Positions 27,028-37,531 of a stretch of 64,000 nucleotides of DNA are shown one piece after another (within the stretch, counting starts at the first letter, position 1; each line of letters starts with the position of its first letter). Under the pieces are notes generated by a model. It saw only the letters and a list, made by a program, of their open reading frames with translations, was not told where the DNA came from and made no database searches. Location of the stretch: positions 1-64,000 of the IMG/VR virus record IMGVR_UViG_3300045282_000112; one strand, written 5' to 3'. The stretch comes from a virus. The position numbers and the translations under genes are program-made.

Positions 27028-27612
27028 CTATTGCATAGCGTAGAGATCATGTCGGAAGGCGCGTTCGTATTTCTTGGCATAGACCTTGATATAGATGGAG
27101 ATCATGCCACGGGTCCTGTCGATCTCAGCCTTCACCTCGACATTGTTGATGACACCAGCGCGGATCATCACTTGCAGGGCTTCGGCGCAAAAGTGCTCGG
27201 CCATCTTGCAGGTGTAGTCGGTGAGCGGTGCGCGGCGCAGCGTCCACAGCAGCGAGCCGAGCGGCTCTTCGCCCGGTGCAATGCCCTCCGTATTGCCGTG
27301 CCACTCGTGTTGATCGGCGACGGTGAAGCCCATGCGTCCGATCATCCAGTCAGGCAGCCGTGCATCAGAGGCGATGCACAGCAGCACGGCGGTGCCGACC
27401 GGGTCGACGTTGGCGAGGCCGCCCGAGTTGAGCACCCGCTGCACCGTCGTAACCTCCCCAGTGCGCGGATCGACCACCTCATAAGGCGAAGCTATCGGCT
27501 CCCCCGGTATTCCTTCCGGCTCCGGTGGCGGCTGGAGTTGCCAGTTGCCGACCGTGCCGAGCGCCGGATCGGTTGACCAGATGGTGTCCCAGAGAGCACT
27601 GCTGCTGCTCAT
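27028..27612 (-). CDS. Mu gp46-like baseplate wedge protein
   Basis: TAVL.C..SD.R...W.G...LGSLLW.L.R...AE.F..EALQ. Confidence 0.8.
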   Translation of the reverse strand: MSSSSALWDTIWSTDPALGTVGNWQLQPPPEPEGIPGEPIASPYEVVDPRTGEVTTVQRVLNSGGLANVDPVGTAVLLCIASDARLPDWMIGRMGFTVADQHEWHGNTEGIAPGEEPLGSLLWTLRRAPLTDYTCKMAEHFCAEALQVMIRAGVINNVEVKAEIDRTRGMISIYIKVYAKKYERAFRHDLYAMQ

Positions 27613-28058
27613 GACACAGCTCCCACGAATGTCCGATACGTTGCCCCCACGGTGCCCGAGACGATGATCGGTGGCGTCCCGGTGCCGGGTTGCGCGCCGG
27701 GGATGGCGATCTCGAAAGCGGTCAGCGTGAAGGCGTTGCCCGCCGCCACGTCGAGCGGGTTACCGAGCGAGCCTGCAGCCAACAGCCGCACCGCCCCTTC
27801 GCGGTCATCGACGAGCGACCAGAAGGCGGCGTGCCCGTCGTGGAAGACCATGCCGTAGATGATCTCCAGCACGATCACCTTGCGGCCGACCGGCAGGTAG
27901 TTCGACGGGCCGACGACGCTGGGCACGACCCAGCCGAGCGCACCGTGCATCGCGCTGCCGTAGTCAGTCGGCTCAGCAGGCCCGATGAGCAGGCGCGTTG
28001 TCTCGCGCACCAGCACCTCCAGTCCACGGTCGAGCACGCGTGCATCAAGGTAGCTCAT
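27609..28058 (-). CDS. hypothetical virion protein
   Basis: VLD.GL..L...TRL.I..AEPT.Y...GN.FTL.AF.I.IP. Confidence 0.65.
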   Translation of the reverse strand: MSYLDARVLDRGLEVLVRETTRLLIGPAEPTDYGSAMHGALGWVVPSVVGPSNYLPVGRKVIVLEIIYGMVFHDGHAAFWSLVDDREGAVRLLAAGSLGNPLDVAAGNAFTLTAFEIAIPGAQPGTGTPPIIVSGTVGATYRTFVGAVS

Positions 28059-28062
28059 GCGA

Positions 28063-28323
28063 TCAGTCCTCGACGTAGGTGCGGACGGCTGTTGCGGTGA
28101 GCGTTGCGCCGCACGTCGCCATGCTGCCGTTGAAGGCGACCAGCTTGTCTTCGACGTAGGTGCGGATGCAGCCGGTCGCGATTGGATTGGGACCGTGGAT
28201 CGGGCAGCAATAGATGTCGCCGATGCGGGCGATCAGGATGTCCTCTGCGTAGGTGCGCGTGGCAGACGTGCAGACCACGTCGCCGTGCGAGCCGGGATCA
28301 CCGAGACGCAGGATCAGCGGCAC
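28063..28323 (-). CDS. PAAR-like spike tip protein
   Basis: RLGD..SHG, ARIGD...CP.HG...I.TG, CGA.L. Confidence 0.85.
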   Translation of the reverse strand: MPLILRLGDPGSHGDVVCTSATRTYAEDILIARIGDIYCCPIHGPNPIATGCIRTYVEDKLVAFNGSMATCGATLTATAVRTYVED

Positions 28324-28734
28324 TCACGCGCCCGACCGGTTGATGTGAACTTTTCCATCGCGGAAGCACTCGATGGTGGCCTTGCCGACCTTGCGCTTCC
28401 ATACGTCTTTGGTGCCGTGGTCGAAGCCGCCCCACATCTCGTAGAGTTTGAACTCGCCCTCTTTTAGGTCTTTCGGCCTATACTTCGGGTGCTCCATGCC
28501 AATCACCATTGCGGCGTCGTTGTTGCCGCCAAGGTTCATGTTGACGCCCTGTGAGCCCACGGGTGCGTGGTTGGTGAAGCCGTAGCTCTGCACACGTGGG
28601 ATCGCGAACTTGCCGCTGGTGCCGCCGTAGCGTTCACCCTGACGACCGTCAGCCTCCACCCGCTGCTGCTCCTTGTCGTCGTGTGTTTTGACCAACTGAT
28701 TGCGGTGGATCATGTTGTCCATCTGCGTGGCCAT
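28324..28734 (-). CDS. baseplate spike, Mu gp45-like
   Basis: Q.YGF....P.G...LGG......I..E...YRP..L..GE..LY. Confidence 0.8.
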   Translation of the reverse strand: MATQMDNMIHRNQLVKTHDDKEQQRVEADGRQGERYGGTSGKFAIPRVQSYGFTNHAPVGSQGVNMNLGGNNDAAMVIGMEHPKYRPKDLKEGEFKLYEMWGGFDHGTKDVWKRKVGKATIECFRDGKVHINRSGA

Positions 28735-28745
28735 AGCTCACCTCC

Positions 28746-29945
28746 TTATCCGGGGAAGCCCCCACCTCTGAGGAAGTCCGTATCGACGATGGTGCCGAGC
28801 GTGTTGATATCGAAACGCCGGTTCCACATGCTGCCGCTATTGCATGGCGTTGCACCCGCAGGATCGATGCTGGTCGGTGCCTCCAGCGAGGTCGGATCGA
28901 CCAGCGTCAACTCGGTGACCGAGCCTTCAGCCAGCGACTGCTTGAACACGATGCGCGAGGTGCGCAGCGTGCAGTTGACCTTCAGCCATGGTGCGAACAC
29001 GTAGACATCGGCGAGCAACACCCAGATCGGCCCGCCCGACGATGCCTCACGGCCATACGGGACGTTCTTCGGCACGAAGCTCTCACCTGCGGGCGAGTGC
29101 CAACCGGGCACCGTCACGGTGCACTGCAAGCTGGCCCCGCTTGACCGCTGCGCCTCCCATGCGGCGCGTGTCTGTGCACGTTGCACATCGACCACCGCTG
29201 GCTCCAGAATGATCTTGGTGCGGTTGCGGGCGAGGAAGGACTGTGCCATCGCACCCGGCTGGAGGTTCTGCTTCAAGTCGGTGCCGTAAGGGGTCTGCCC
29301 GAGAACCTTCGTGACGGCATCCTCGTCGGTCAGGCGTGCCGACATCTTGAGGATGTTCTCGCCCTGCACGATTGGGCCCTGCACGCCCAAAGCTTTGCCT
29401 GCGCTGACCGAGATGCCGCCGTCCATCATGCCGTGCAGGAGGTGGCCGTAGTTCTTGAGCATTCGCATGCTCTCTGCGTAGATCGTCGCCCCCTGCCGTA
29501 TCTGCCAAACCGGCACAATCGAGTTGTCGCTATCGTTCGTCACGGTGAGGCCAAGCGGCTGCGCCCACGCCTGCACCAACTCCCAAATCCCCTTGTTCTC
29601 GTAGTAGCCACCAGTGTCGGAGACGATTGAACTCAGGTTGATGCTCGACCCCTCGTTCTTGGCGGTGATCGTGATCGAGTGCTGTTCAGCGTCGGCGCTA
29701 GGTGCGTATTGCCAGACGGCGGCGCGTGCCACGAAGTCACCGTTGGCGAACACCTCGATGATCGTCCCGGGAGGAAAATTCCACTTGTCGAAAGCCGCCA
29801 CTGTGCTCGCCCCGACCGGCGTGATCTCAGTGGTGGAAAGCATGATGTTGACGATGTCGGTCGCGGTATCCTGCTCGATGACGACTGTCTCCCAATCGGA
29901 ATAGACGCCGCTGTCAGCCACCACTGTTATCTGCTCGAAAGGCAT
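28746..29945 (-). CDS. baseplate hub, Mu gp44/gpP-like
   Basis: Y..WE.V.I; G.NIL; RA.WE..R...S....TV.GW; G..T.L.LV.P. Confidence 0.75.
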   Translation of the reverse strand: MPFEQITVVADSGVYSDWETVVIEQDTATDIVNIMLSTTEITPVGASTVAAFDKWNFPPGTIIEVFANGDFVARAAVWQYAPSADAEQHSITITAKNEGSSINLSSIVSDTGGYYENKGIWELVQAWAQPLGLTVTNDSDNSIVPVWQIRQGATIYAESMRMLKNYGHLLHGMMDGGISVSAGKALGVQGPIVQGENILKMSARLTDEDAVTKVLGQTPYGTDLKQNLQPGAMAQSFLARNRTKIILEPAVVDVQRAQTRAAWEAQRSSGASLQCTVTVPGWHSPAGESFVPKNVPYGREASSGGPIWVLLADVYVFAPWLKVNCTLRTSRIVFKQSLAEGSVTELTLVDPTSLEAPTSIDPAGATPCNSGSMWNRRFDINTLGTIVDTDFLRGGGFPG

Positions 29946-29948
29946 CGC

Positions 29949-31562
29949 TTATATTCCGGTCACCAAGCTCATGCCGTGCTCGGTCAACGCCACCATCTGC
30001 TGCGGCGCGAACATCGGGTGGGTGATCCCATTGAAGCGCATCAGGTCGACATCCCTGCCCGCCGCGTTGCGGCCGTAGACAGAGGCGGCGATGGCCGCGA
30101 GGGGCTTGCCCGCCCAGCTCGTGGGCAGCCGCACCGAACCGTTGCCGCCCGCTGAATAGTGGGCGACGAAGTCGGGCACGGTCCTGCGCAGCTTGCGCAA
30201 GTTATCCTGCAAGTCAGTGTCCGATGGCAGCAGCGCAATCTCCTCGTCGAGCTGTTCGAGCAGCCGCCTACGCGTCAGCGATGCGTCGGGCTGTCGCGCG
30301 GGCGCGACATCGATGCCTGCCCGGATCGAGTAAGCGAGAGCCAAGCGGCGCGTCAGCGAGCACACCGTCTCGGCGAGAGCCAGTTCAGCCTTCACCGACG
30401 CCGTCGATAGCTGGGCGGCGCTGAGCGCGCGCTGGATGCGTGGCTTGATGTTGGTCATCGGGATGAGCGCCATCGCGAGGTCGGAGGCGTTGCTGGTCGT
30501 GCCGGTCTGCAAGGCTGCGAAGCCGTTCACCAGCATGCCGCCGAAGCCCTCGCCCATCTTGCCCTGCGCTGGCAGCACCTCGCCAGTCGAGGCGCGGACG
30601 GCGACACCACGCAGCGCCTCCGAATAGGCCGACAGGCCGGATGCCTGTTGTGCCTGCACGGCAGCGGTCTTGGTCATGGTGTTGGCTGCCGTGCGCTGCA
30701 CAGTGGCGAAAGCGGAAGCGTTGTCGATGAAGCGTTGCGAGATGAACTTCACAATCGCGCCCGCCTTCTCGTTGAGGCGCACCGCTCCTGCCGCCTTGAG
30801 CAGGTTCTGCCCAATGCCGCGAATGTAATTGGCGGCGGTGGTGCGCGCGACCGATGGCTGCGTGCCGGTGAACACCTCATTGAAGCGTGCGAGCGCACTG
30901 CTTACGACATTGCCCGAGGCGCGGTGCACCGAGTAGGCCAATTGCAGGGGCGACGGATGGTTGCCCGCCGTCGGAACAGAGCCTGCTTCACCACGTGGCT
31001 CGACCGAGAACGACATGGAAAAGTCGATGCGGCCCATACGCTCGGCATGGAAGCTGCTTTCAACCGTCTGGCACACGGCCCACATCGGCACGCGCATCGG
31101 CAAGTAGAGCAGGCCCGCGCCGGTCACGTTGGTATTCTTCAGTGGATCGGTGCACGCGGCAAACAACAGCTCGGCCCACAGGTCGCACTGATCACCAAAG
31201 ACGTAGCCCTCTATCTGTATCTGTTGGCGCAGCCTTCCCAAGTCTTCATTGTCCCACCACTCTTTACTCGGATATTCATGCACATGGATGCGTCGCCCAC
31301 CCGAGCGGCTATCGGTATCGACCGCGAACGGCACGTCCTTGAACGATGCCTCCCACTGCACCTTCTGCCAAGGCTGGCAGCCGACCGAAGCGTTCCACGG
31401 GTCCGACCCCGCCGACGAATGACGAAAGTTGTTCTGCGCGCCGATCTCGTTGCAGACCATGCCGCCCAGCGGCTTGAGCACCTCGAACGGGTGACGCTGA
31501 CCGACGCCGCCACCTTGGTTGAGGAACTCCCATCCGGGCTTGGTGATCAGTTCATTGGACAT
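29949..31562 (-). CDS. DNA circularisation protein, Mu gpN-like
   Basis: ASFK.VPF.V...GGRR..VHEYP.......EDLGR; C-terminal LysM-like N.I.HP.F. Confidence 0.85.
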   Translation of the reverse strand: MSNELITKPGWEFLNQGGGVGQRHPFEVLKPLGGMVCNEIGAQNNFRHSSAGSDPWNASVGCQPWQKVQWEASFKDVPFAVDTDSRSGGRRIHVHEYPSKEWWDNEDLGRLRQQIQIEGYVFGDQCDLWAELLFAACTDPLKNTNVTGAGLLYLPMRVPMWAVCQTVESSFHAERMGRIDFSMSFSVEPRGEAGSVPTAGNHPSPLQLAYSVHRASGNVVSSALARFNEVFTGTQPSVARTTAANYIRGIGQNLLKAAGAVRLNEKAGAIVKFISQRFIDNASAFATVQRTAANTMTKTAAVQAQQASGLSAYSEALRGVAVRASTGEVLPAQGKMGEGFGGMLVNGFAALQTGTTSNASDLAMALIPMTNIKPRIQRALSAAQLSTASVKAELALAETVCSLTRRLALAYSIRAGIDVAPARQPDASLTRRRLLEQLDEEIALLPSDTDLQDNLRKLRRTVPDFVAHYSAGGNGSVRLPTSWAGKPLAAIAASVYGRNAAGRDVDLMRFNGITHPMFAPQQMVALTEHGMSLVTGI

Positions 31563-31571
31563 CGCGCACCA

Positions 31572-34500
31572 TCATCTGCTCATGGCTGGAGGGAAGGCGG
31601 GATCGCCGGGGCGTGAGAAGGAACTACCCGTGCGGTCAACATCGACGCCGAGATCAAAGTGGCTGGCGGGCAGCACGCTCGGCACCGCCGCCTGCAATTG
31701 CTTCGCCAGCTTGACATTGATGTCCACCGCACCGCGCCCGAGTTGCAGCGAATTTGCACCCGCCAGCCCTGCAATCGGATCGCGCTGCTGATCCACCTGC
31801 AGCAAGTCGATTGGCTTGCGTCCGCCTCTTACACTCGCAGCGTTGTCGTCCACTTGCAGCAAGCTGACTGGCTTGCGTATTACGGCGCTGCCAGTCCCCA
31901 TCACAGGCTCACGCGTCAGGCGGTCTTCTGTCAGCGAGTTGTTGCCGCGCGCTCGCGACATCGCCTGTGACTGTGCCTGCAGCTGCTTTGCCATCGACAT
32001 GTTGCGGGCAGGCGCGCTGGGAGTGTTGGTTACCGCTGCAAAGCCAGAACCGGACGCAGCCTGCTGCGTGCCAGACAATGCCAACCATGCTTCGTCGGGC
32101 GACATTCCTGCAGCAAGGTTCTTCTGATACTGCGCGCGCTCCGCTTCCATTGCGCCGCCCATCTTCTGCGCCGATATCGACGCACGGTTACCACCCGTGC
32201 CACCGTAGACGCTGCGCCCCGTGCGCGGGTCGGCAACCGAAGCGAACTCTTGCGCCGCTGCAAGTTGGGCAGCGCCTAGATTGCCGCTCTGTCCAGTGAT
32301 GTAGCTCTTGATCTGTGGACGCTTCTCGTCGATCAAGTAATCACGGAAGATGCGCTCCTGCAATTCTGGCGTCAGCTTTGAATTAGGGTCAATACCCATT
32401 GATCGCACGGCTTCACGCATCGTGCCGGGGATCACCTGATACTTGCCGACAGCGAACAGACGGTTGGGATCGCCTCTGCGCAGCGCCTGCCGCTGCATGA
32501 CCTCACCGATGGTCATCTTTGAGAAGTCGATCTTGCCGCGACTGTCGCCCGCCACACCGCGATTGTAGGAGCCATAGCCCCCTTCGCCTGACGATATCGT
32601 CCTGCCTACCGATCCACCCGCACCTGAAATTCCAGCAGTTGCTGCCGCCGTGTTTTTGAGGAACTCCGAACCGGGCTTGCCAGCGGGGCCGAAGCCTGTG
32701 CCACCACCTGCGCCCGCGCCACCTGACATGCCGACGCCGGTCTGTTGCCAGCCGGGAGCACCAACACCAGCCTTTGCACCGCCGAGCCCAGTGCCCGCTG
32801 CGCCGCCCGGTGCACCGACGCCCGCCGTGCCACCGCTAATCCCGCCCGCGCCGCTGCCGGGAATGCCGTAACCAGAACCGCTGCCTGAATAGCCGCCACT
32901 GCCGAGAGCACCACCCGGTGCACCGACGCCCGCCGTGGCATCGCCACCCATGCCGATGCCGCGCGTGCCACCAAGCGTCATGGTGGCCAGCCGCAACGCG
33001 TCATTGAAATCTTTCGTGGTCTTCGTCGCGTTTTTCACGATGGCGGTGAAATAGGAGAGCTGTGGATCGCCGCCCGTCATGTCGTCGTGCGTGCCAATGG
33101 TGCTCTGTGGGATTTCACCAGCAGGGTAGGACCACTTGCTGCGCGGGATGCCGCCGTGCATGCCGGGGTCGCCTTGACCGCGCCAGTAGTCACCTGTCTG
33201 TTCTGACGTGCTGCCCATCCCGCTGCTGTAGGCGGGCACGTATCCACCTACAGACGGTCGCCGCGACAGCATCAGCAGCTCGTGCGTGCGTCTGGCACGA
33301 CCGACCTCTTCCTCCGTCATGCGGTCCATTTCCCTTGGACCCTTGCCCGCGAGGAGCCGTCGCTGATCGAAGCTGACGGCGTCGGAGGTTCCCTGCTTGA
33401 ACTTCTGCCACGTGCTCTTGCTGGGCAGATACTCATCCACACGGCCCGCAGGGTCGTCGTCGGAGAATATGTCGTATACCTCCCAAGCCGCGAACGCCGG
33501 TCCCAGCGCTTTGCCCAGTCCCAACGGGAGGCGTGGGCCCCTTGGCACACGCGCGCCGGGGACACGTGGCATGCGCGGGCCGCCGCCGGGGATACGTAGA
33601 CCGCCGCCGAGCCCAATAGCACTCCCGATGAGACGCAACGCCCGCACGGCACCCCACGTCCCGATAACAATGGCTCCTAGCGCAAGACCAAAAGCGGCAA
33701 GCCCCTTGTTCGCCTCACTCAGGCTGTCGTAGAAGGGGATGAACTGCGCAGTCATGTCGTTCATGACCTTCAGGAACGCTTCGCGTCCCTCGTTGAACTG
33801 CTTGCCGCCGCGCTCGATAATATCGTCCTGATAGCGCAGGCGACGGTTCTCCTCGACGGCGTCCTTGTTGACATCTCGTGTAGATGTCAGTGTTCCCGCC
33901 TTCCTTTCCCTATCCGCCTCGGCAACAAGCGCGGACAGCAGCATCTTGTAAGCTGCCTCGGGGCCCTCCCGCTCGAACACGCGTTCATAGCCCTTCACCG
34001 CCCGCTCGCGCGCATGCGGGCCCACGTAGAGCTTATCATTAAGGGCAGCGAGCAGCCTTACCGCAGCAGCCGCGCCGCGCGGCGTGCGCATCAAATTCAG
34101 CGTGCCCATGATATCAACGTCGGGCCCGCCTACATTAGCACCCATCTTGGTTTGCAGATCGATTACCGCCTCGGTGCGCCTGCGGATAAGCGCCGTGTCG
34201 TTGCCCGCACCGCGCGCGGTCGCCGTCATAACGCGGCGCGCATCCCAAGTGCTCGGCAGCCGCATGAACTCGGCGATGTCCTTCGCCATATCGTCCATCA
34301 CCTTGGACGAGAGCTTGGTGCTGTCTTTCAGCCGGTCATGCCAGATCGTCATGTTCTTGACTTCGTCGCGGTAAGCCGTCGCCATGTTGCCCATGACGAT
34401 GCCGACAGAGGTGGCGGCGGCGGTAACCCCAGTGACGAAGCTGGCGAACATGGACCCTGCCATGTTCGTCGTCTTCTCGATGTCGCGCTGACCCTGCTCG

Positions 34501-34682
34501 TGCATGCGGTGCTGGTTCTTCTGCCCGCGCACGAACTCCTGCTGCATCTTGTTGGCTTGCGTGGTGTAGCGCTGAAGATCACGCAAAGCTTCCGCAAAAC
34601 CCTGACCCGTCCGGTTCTCGGCGGTCAGGATTATGCGGCCTTCAATGGTGGAGGCTGTGCTGGCTGAGAAGGCCGCGTTCAT
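31572..34682 (-). CDS. tape measure protein with lysozyme-like domain
   Basis: Helical N-terminus, hydrophobic segments, Gly-rich linker; EGGY..YN.G...MT.GEV...AVGKYQ.IP.T...TPE.Q lambda-R-like muramidase motif. Confidence 0.8.
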   Translation of the reverse strand: MNAAFSASTASTIEGRIILTAENRTGQGFAEALRDLQRYTTQANKMQQEFVRGQKNQHRMHEQGQRDIEKTTNMAGSMFASFVTGVTAAATSVGIVMGNMATAYRDEVKNMTIWHDRLKDSTKLSSKVMDDMAKDIAEFMRLPSTWDARRVMTATARGAGNDTALIRRRTEAVIDLQTKMGANVGGPDVDIMGTLNLMRTPRGAAAAVRLLAALNDKLYVGPHARERAVKGYERVFEREGPEAAYKMLLSALVAEADRERKAGTLTSTRDVNKDAVEENRRLRYQDDIIERGGKQFNEGREAFLKVMNDMTAQFIPFYDSLSEANKGLAAFGLALGAIVIGTWGAVRALRLIGSAIGLGGGLRIPGGGPRMPRVPGARVPRGPRLPLGLGKALGPAFAAWEVYDIFSDDDPAGRVDEYLPSKSTWQKFKQGTSDAVSFDQRRLLAGKGPREMDRMTEEEVGRARRTHELLMLSRRPSVGGYVPAYSSGMGSTSEQTGDYWRGQGDPGMHGGIPRSKWSYPAGEIPQSTIGTHDDMTGGDPQLSYFTAIVKNATKTTKDFNDALRLATMTLGGTRGIGMGGDATAGVGAPGGALGSGGYSGSGSGYGIPGSGAGGISGGTAGVGAPGGAAGTGLGGAKAGVGAPGWQQTGVGMSGGAGAGGGTGFGPAGKPGSEFLKNTAAATAGISGAGGSVGRTISSGEGGYGSYNRGVAGDSRGKIDFSKMTIGEVMQRQALRRGDPNRLFAVGKYQVIPGTMREAVRSMGIDPNSKLTPELQERIFRDYLIDEKRPQIKSYITGQSGNLGAAQLAAAQEFASVADPRTGRSVYGGTGGNRASISAQKMGGAMEAERAQYQKNLAAGMSPDEAWLALSGTQQAASGSGFAAVTNTPSAPARNMSMAKQLQAQSQAMSRARGNNSLTEDRLTREPVMGTGSAVIRKPVSLLQVDDNAASVRGGRKPIDLLQVDQQRDPIAGLAGANSLQLGRGAVDINVKLAKQLQAAVPSVLPASHFDLGVDVDRTGSSFSRPGDPAFPPAMSR

Positions 34683-34885
34683 CGGAGGGGCCTCGTCACG
34701 GCTTGCGCCCGCTGTTGCGTTTGCTCCTGCCGCTTGTTTGCCTTGGCCATTTCACTGCGCCACGCGACGCAGAGGTCATACCAAAACAATAGTTGGCGGA
34801 CGGGATAGGTCAGGAGGCGGTTGGGATCATCGCGGCAGACGCCTGCCTCGAACACGAGGCCCGCGATGACCATGGTCAGTTTCCC
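34679..34885 (-). CDS. tail assembly chaperone, frameshifted (G-T type) extension
   Basis: -1 frame ORF entered via slippery GGGAAAC (34879-34885) just before chaperone stop. Confidence 0.7.
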   Translation of the reverse strand, partial: GKLTMVIAGLVFEAGVCRDDPNRLLTYPVRQLLFWYDLCVAWRSEMAKANKRQEQTQQRAQAVTRPLR

Positions 34886-35394
34886 GCTTGGTTCAGCTCC
34901 GTGTTCAGCCATTCAAAAATGCTGCGGATGTCGCGCGCCGGGACACGGTTGAGGGTGCCCAGATCAACGTTGGAGAGCCGCGTCAGCCATTTCCTGAAGC
35001 GGTCGATATCCATCTCGACAGACATGCCGGTCGATGTCCAATTCGTCTTGGTCGGCATGCCACCCACCTCGAACACGTCGAGACCCTGCGGTGCGCGCAT
35101 CTTGATCTGGGTGACGGTGCTGCCGTTGTTGGACTGCACTGGAGCGGAGAGAATGAACAGGCGCTCGGCTTCCCACTTGGGCAGCGCGTCGAGCGGTGCA
35201 GCCAGTGTCGCTTCGGGATCGGGCGGACGCTCAGGCTCAGGCGGCGGCTTGTTGATCTGCGCCTCCATCGCGCGCTGCATGGCTTGATTGCGCTCAGGAG
35301 GCCGAGCATTGACAACTGGCGCTTGGCTCTGCCCATCGCGCCTTGGCACACGGCTGGTATCAGGCTCAGGAGCCTGTGAGAAAGCTTCGCTCAT
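34876..35394 (-). CDS. tail assembly chaperone, Mu gp41-like
   Basis: L..PV........I.MR.P...D...L.RL......L......D; position between tube and tape measure. Confidence 0.75.
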   Translation of the reverse strand: MSEAFSQAPEPDTSRVPRRDGQSQAPVVNARPPERNQAMQRAMEAQINKPPPEPERPPDPEATLAAPLDALPKWEAERLFILSAPVQSNNGSTVTQIKMRAPQGLDVFEVGGMPTKTNWTSTGMSVEMDIDRFRKWLTRLSNVDLGTLNRVPARDIRSIFEWLNTELNQAGN

Positions 35395-35416
35395 TGAACA
35401 CCCCTATGTTGAGAGA

Positions 35417-35914
35417 TCAGGCGGTCGGTCCACCTCGACCAAGCGGCCCTGCGTCAGGCGTCGCGATGTCGTCGTATTGCGGGCAGAAGCGGCCGAGCAC
35501 CTCGGTGGTTTGCTGCGCCGTGTAATCATCGGTCACCAGCTCGATGCCGCTGATCTCACCTGTGCTGAGGTTGACCTCGGGTGCGCCCACCACGAGACAT
35601 TGCGTCAGGCTGTGCGTGAAGCCTCGGCTCTTCTCCACCACCACGATGTCCACCAGACAGCGCGAGCAGTAGAGCCGGATCGGGTTCTGGTCGCACCTGT
35701 TGATGAACGACATGACGACGCGAATGGGCCTCGACGCCTCGGTGACCCAGACGCGACCGGCGGACGAAGCGCCCGCCGTGCGTTCGATGCGCGCTGGCTG
35801 GATACGCACGTCACCCAGCGCTTCGTAATACTCGCTCGTGTTGTCGAAGTTGGCGATGATGTATACTTCACCGCCAATGATTTCAGAACAGCAAGCTGAA
35901 AGATCATTTGCCAT
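35417..35914 (-). CDS. tail tube protein, Mu gpM-like
   Basis: Follows sheath; size; G.PEVN...GE motif. Confidence 0.7.
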   Translation of the reverse strand: MANDLSACCSEIIGGEVYIIANFDNTSEYYEALGDVRIQPARIERTAGASSAGRVWVTEASRPIRVVMSFINRCDQNPIRLYCSRCLVDIVVVEKSRGFTHSLTQCLVVGAPEVNLSTGEISGIELVTDDYTAQQTTEVLGRFCPQYDDIATPDAGPLGRGGPTA

Positions 35915-35944
35915 TGGGATAGACCCCTTTCTCGAATGTCAGGA

Positions 35945-37531
35945 TCAAGCGGCTTGCTGCATCAGTGTTGGGTCGGTTGCATCAAGCTCAAGGTGCGTCT
36001 CGACCAGCGCAGCGACGACCCTCAACTGGTTGACGAAGTCAGGCCGCATCAAAGCGTCCACCCTGTTGCGGTCGGTCGGGTTGCGTTCGCAGACCAGATA
36101 GCGAGTGAACAGGTCGGCGTTCTCCACCAAGCCCATTGACGCCATGCGCTTGTATTCGTGGATGATGAGGTTCCTGATCTCGATGGGGCTGGTGAAGCCG
36201 TTGATGCCCTTCGGCAGCGTGGAGAGCGCCGCGCGCGGGTAGGCACCTGTGATGCGCGCCCGCATCTGGCGCACGAAATACTGTGCTTGGAACATCGTGA
36301 TCGCGTCGGCCCAAGAGGGGTCCGGGTCGCCGAACACGTTATATTTGCGGCAGGTTCTCACGCGGTCGATGCGGCAGGTATGGTTGTCGTCGACCGTGAT
36401 CGTCGAGCCGCCTTGGTTGAGCAGCGTCTGCTTCTCGATGCGCGTGAAGCTCTCGTCGTCGTCGCTGCCTGCGCAGCAGTTGCGCAGCTCCAGCGTCTGC
36501 AATGGACGTGACAGTTCAGGAGGTGCCGCCCAGTGCGTTGTCGCGAGACCGCCGAGAGCCGATGCCCACAGCCAATATGGGATCACCGTATTTTTCACCG
36601 TGATGATCGACATGTGTGGGTCTTGCTGCGGGGCAAGGTAGTCGTAGGTCGCCTGCCAAGAGGCGTTGTTGAGGCCAGTGAAGACGTGGCCATAGAGTTG
36701 CCGGTTAGGTGCCCAGCGACCGGCTGCGTGGTCCATGAAGTCCTCGCATTGGGCGAGGAAGTGGGCGCTCTGGTAGCCCATCACGAACACGTCGAATGGC
36801 CGGTCCTGTATCGTCGAGAAACAGGCTGTCGGATTGTGCTCACCTGAGCCGTCGCTGGTCTGCTTGGTGATTTGCAGGCAGTGGCGCGCGATGATGATGT
36901 TCTTGGCACTGAGGTCGGCGCGACCGAAGCAGCCGACGTAGCTGACCTTCAGCCAATTGCCGACGGTGCCCGGGTAGCGTGCCGTGAGCAGCACCGTCTG
37001 GTGGCTGGTGTCCTTCGGGTCGATGGTCGCGAGCACACCGATCTCGCGGGCGTTGACCGAGTTACGGATCGACGCTGCGATGGTCGCGGCAGACCAATTC
37101 TTCTGCACGTTGAAGTGCACCGGGACGCCTTCGATGTGGAAGGTGCCAGTGCCGAAGAAGTTTTGGGTGCCGCCCCGGATCACGCGCACCTTGGCAGTGG
37201 CGCGAAATGCATTGTTGAGCGGGTCTGGGTCGTCGAGCGTCGAGGGAATGGCGATGCCCCAGATTTCCGCGAACGGTGCGTTGGAGCGGGCGAAGTCATA
37301 CATGCGCGCCAACATCGAGCCGCGCCCGAACAACTCCTTCGCGAGCGTGCCTGAGAGCAGGTAGGGTTGGTTGGGGACGTGCGTGCCCTCGCCGTAGCCC
37401 GCGCCCTGATTGGCTGAGCCGACAAGGCACATCCTGAGAGCGGGCGACCATGGCTCGGCGGCGGACGTGACCTCCGCATAGAACAGCGGCAAAAGCACGT
37501 CGGGAGGGATTTGACCAAAGGCGACTGGCAT
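35945..37531 (-). CDS. tail sheath protein, Mu gpL-like
   Basis: F..IP.....PLFYAE; LFG.GSML..M; RW.P..QLYGH; PLQTL.L; R...D.NRVD....D.VNQLRV.A. Confidence 0.92.
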   Translation of the reverse strand: MPVAFGQIPPDVLLPLFYAEVTSAAEPWSPALRMCLVGSANQGAGYGEGTHVPNQPYLLSGTLAKELFGRGSMLARMYDFARSNAPFAEIWGIAIPSTLDDPDPLNNAFRATAKVRVIRGGTQNFFGTGTFHIEGVPVHFNVQKNWSAATIAASIRNSVNAREIGVLATIDPKDTSHQTVLLTARYPGTVGNWLKVSYVGCFGRADLSAKNIIIARHCLQITKQTSDGSGEHNPTACFSTIQDRPFDVFVMGYQSAHFLAQCEDFMDHAAGRWAPNRQLYGHVFTGLNNASWQATYDYLAPQQDPHMSIITVKNTVIPYWLWASALGGLATTHWAAPPELSRPLQTLELRNCCAGSDDDESFTRIEKQTLLNQGGSTITVDDNHTCRIDRVRTCRKYNVFGDPDPSWADAITMFQAQYFVRQMRARITGAYPRAALSTLPKGINGFTSPIEIRNLIIHEYKRMASMGLVENADLFTRYLVCERNPTDRNRVDALMRPDFVNQLRVVAALVETHLELDATDPTLMQQAA

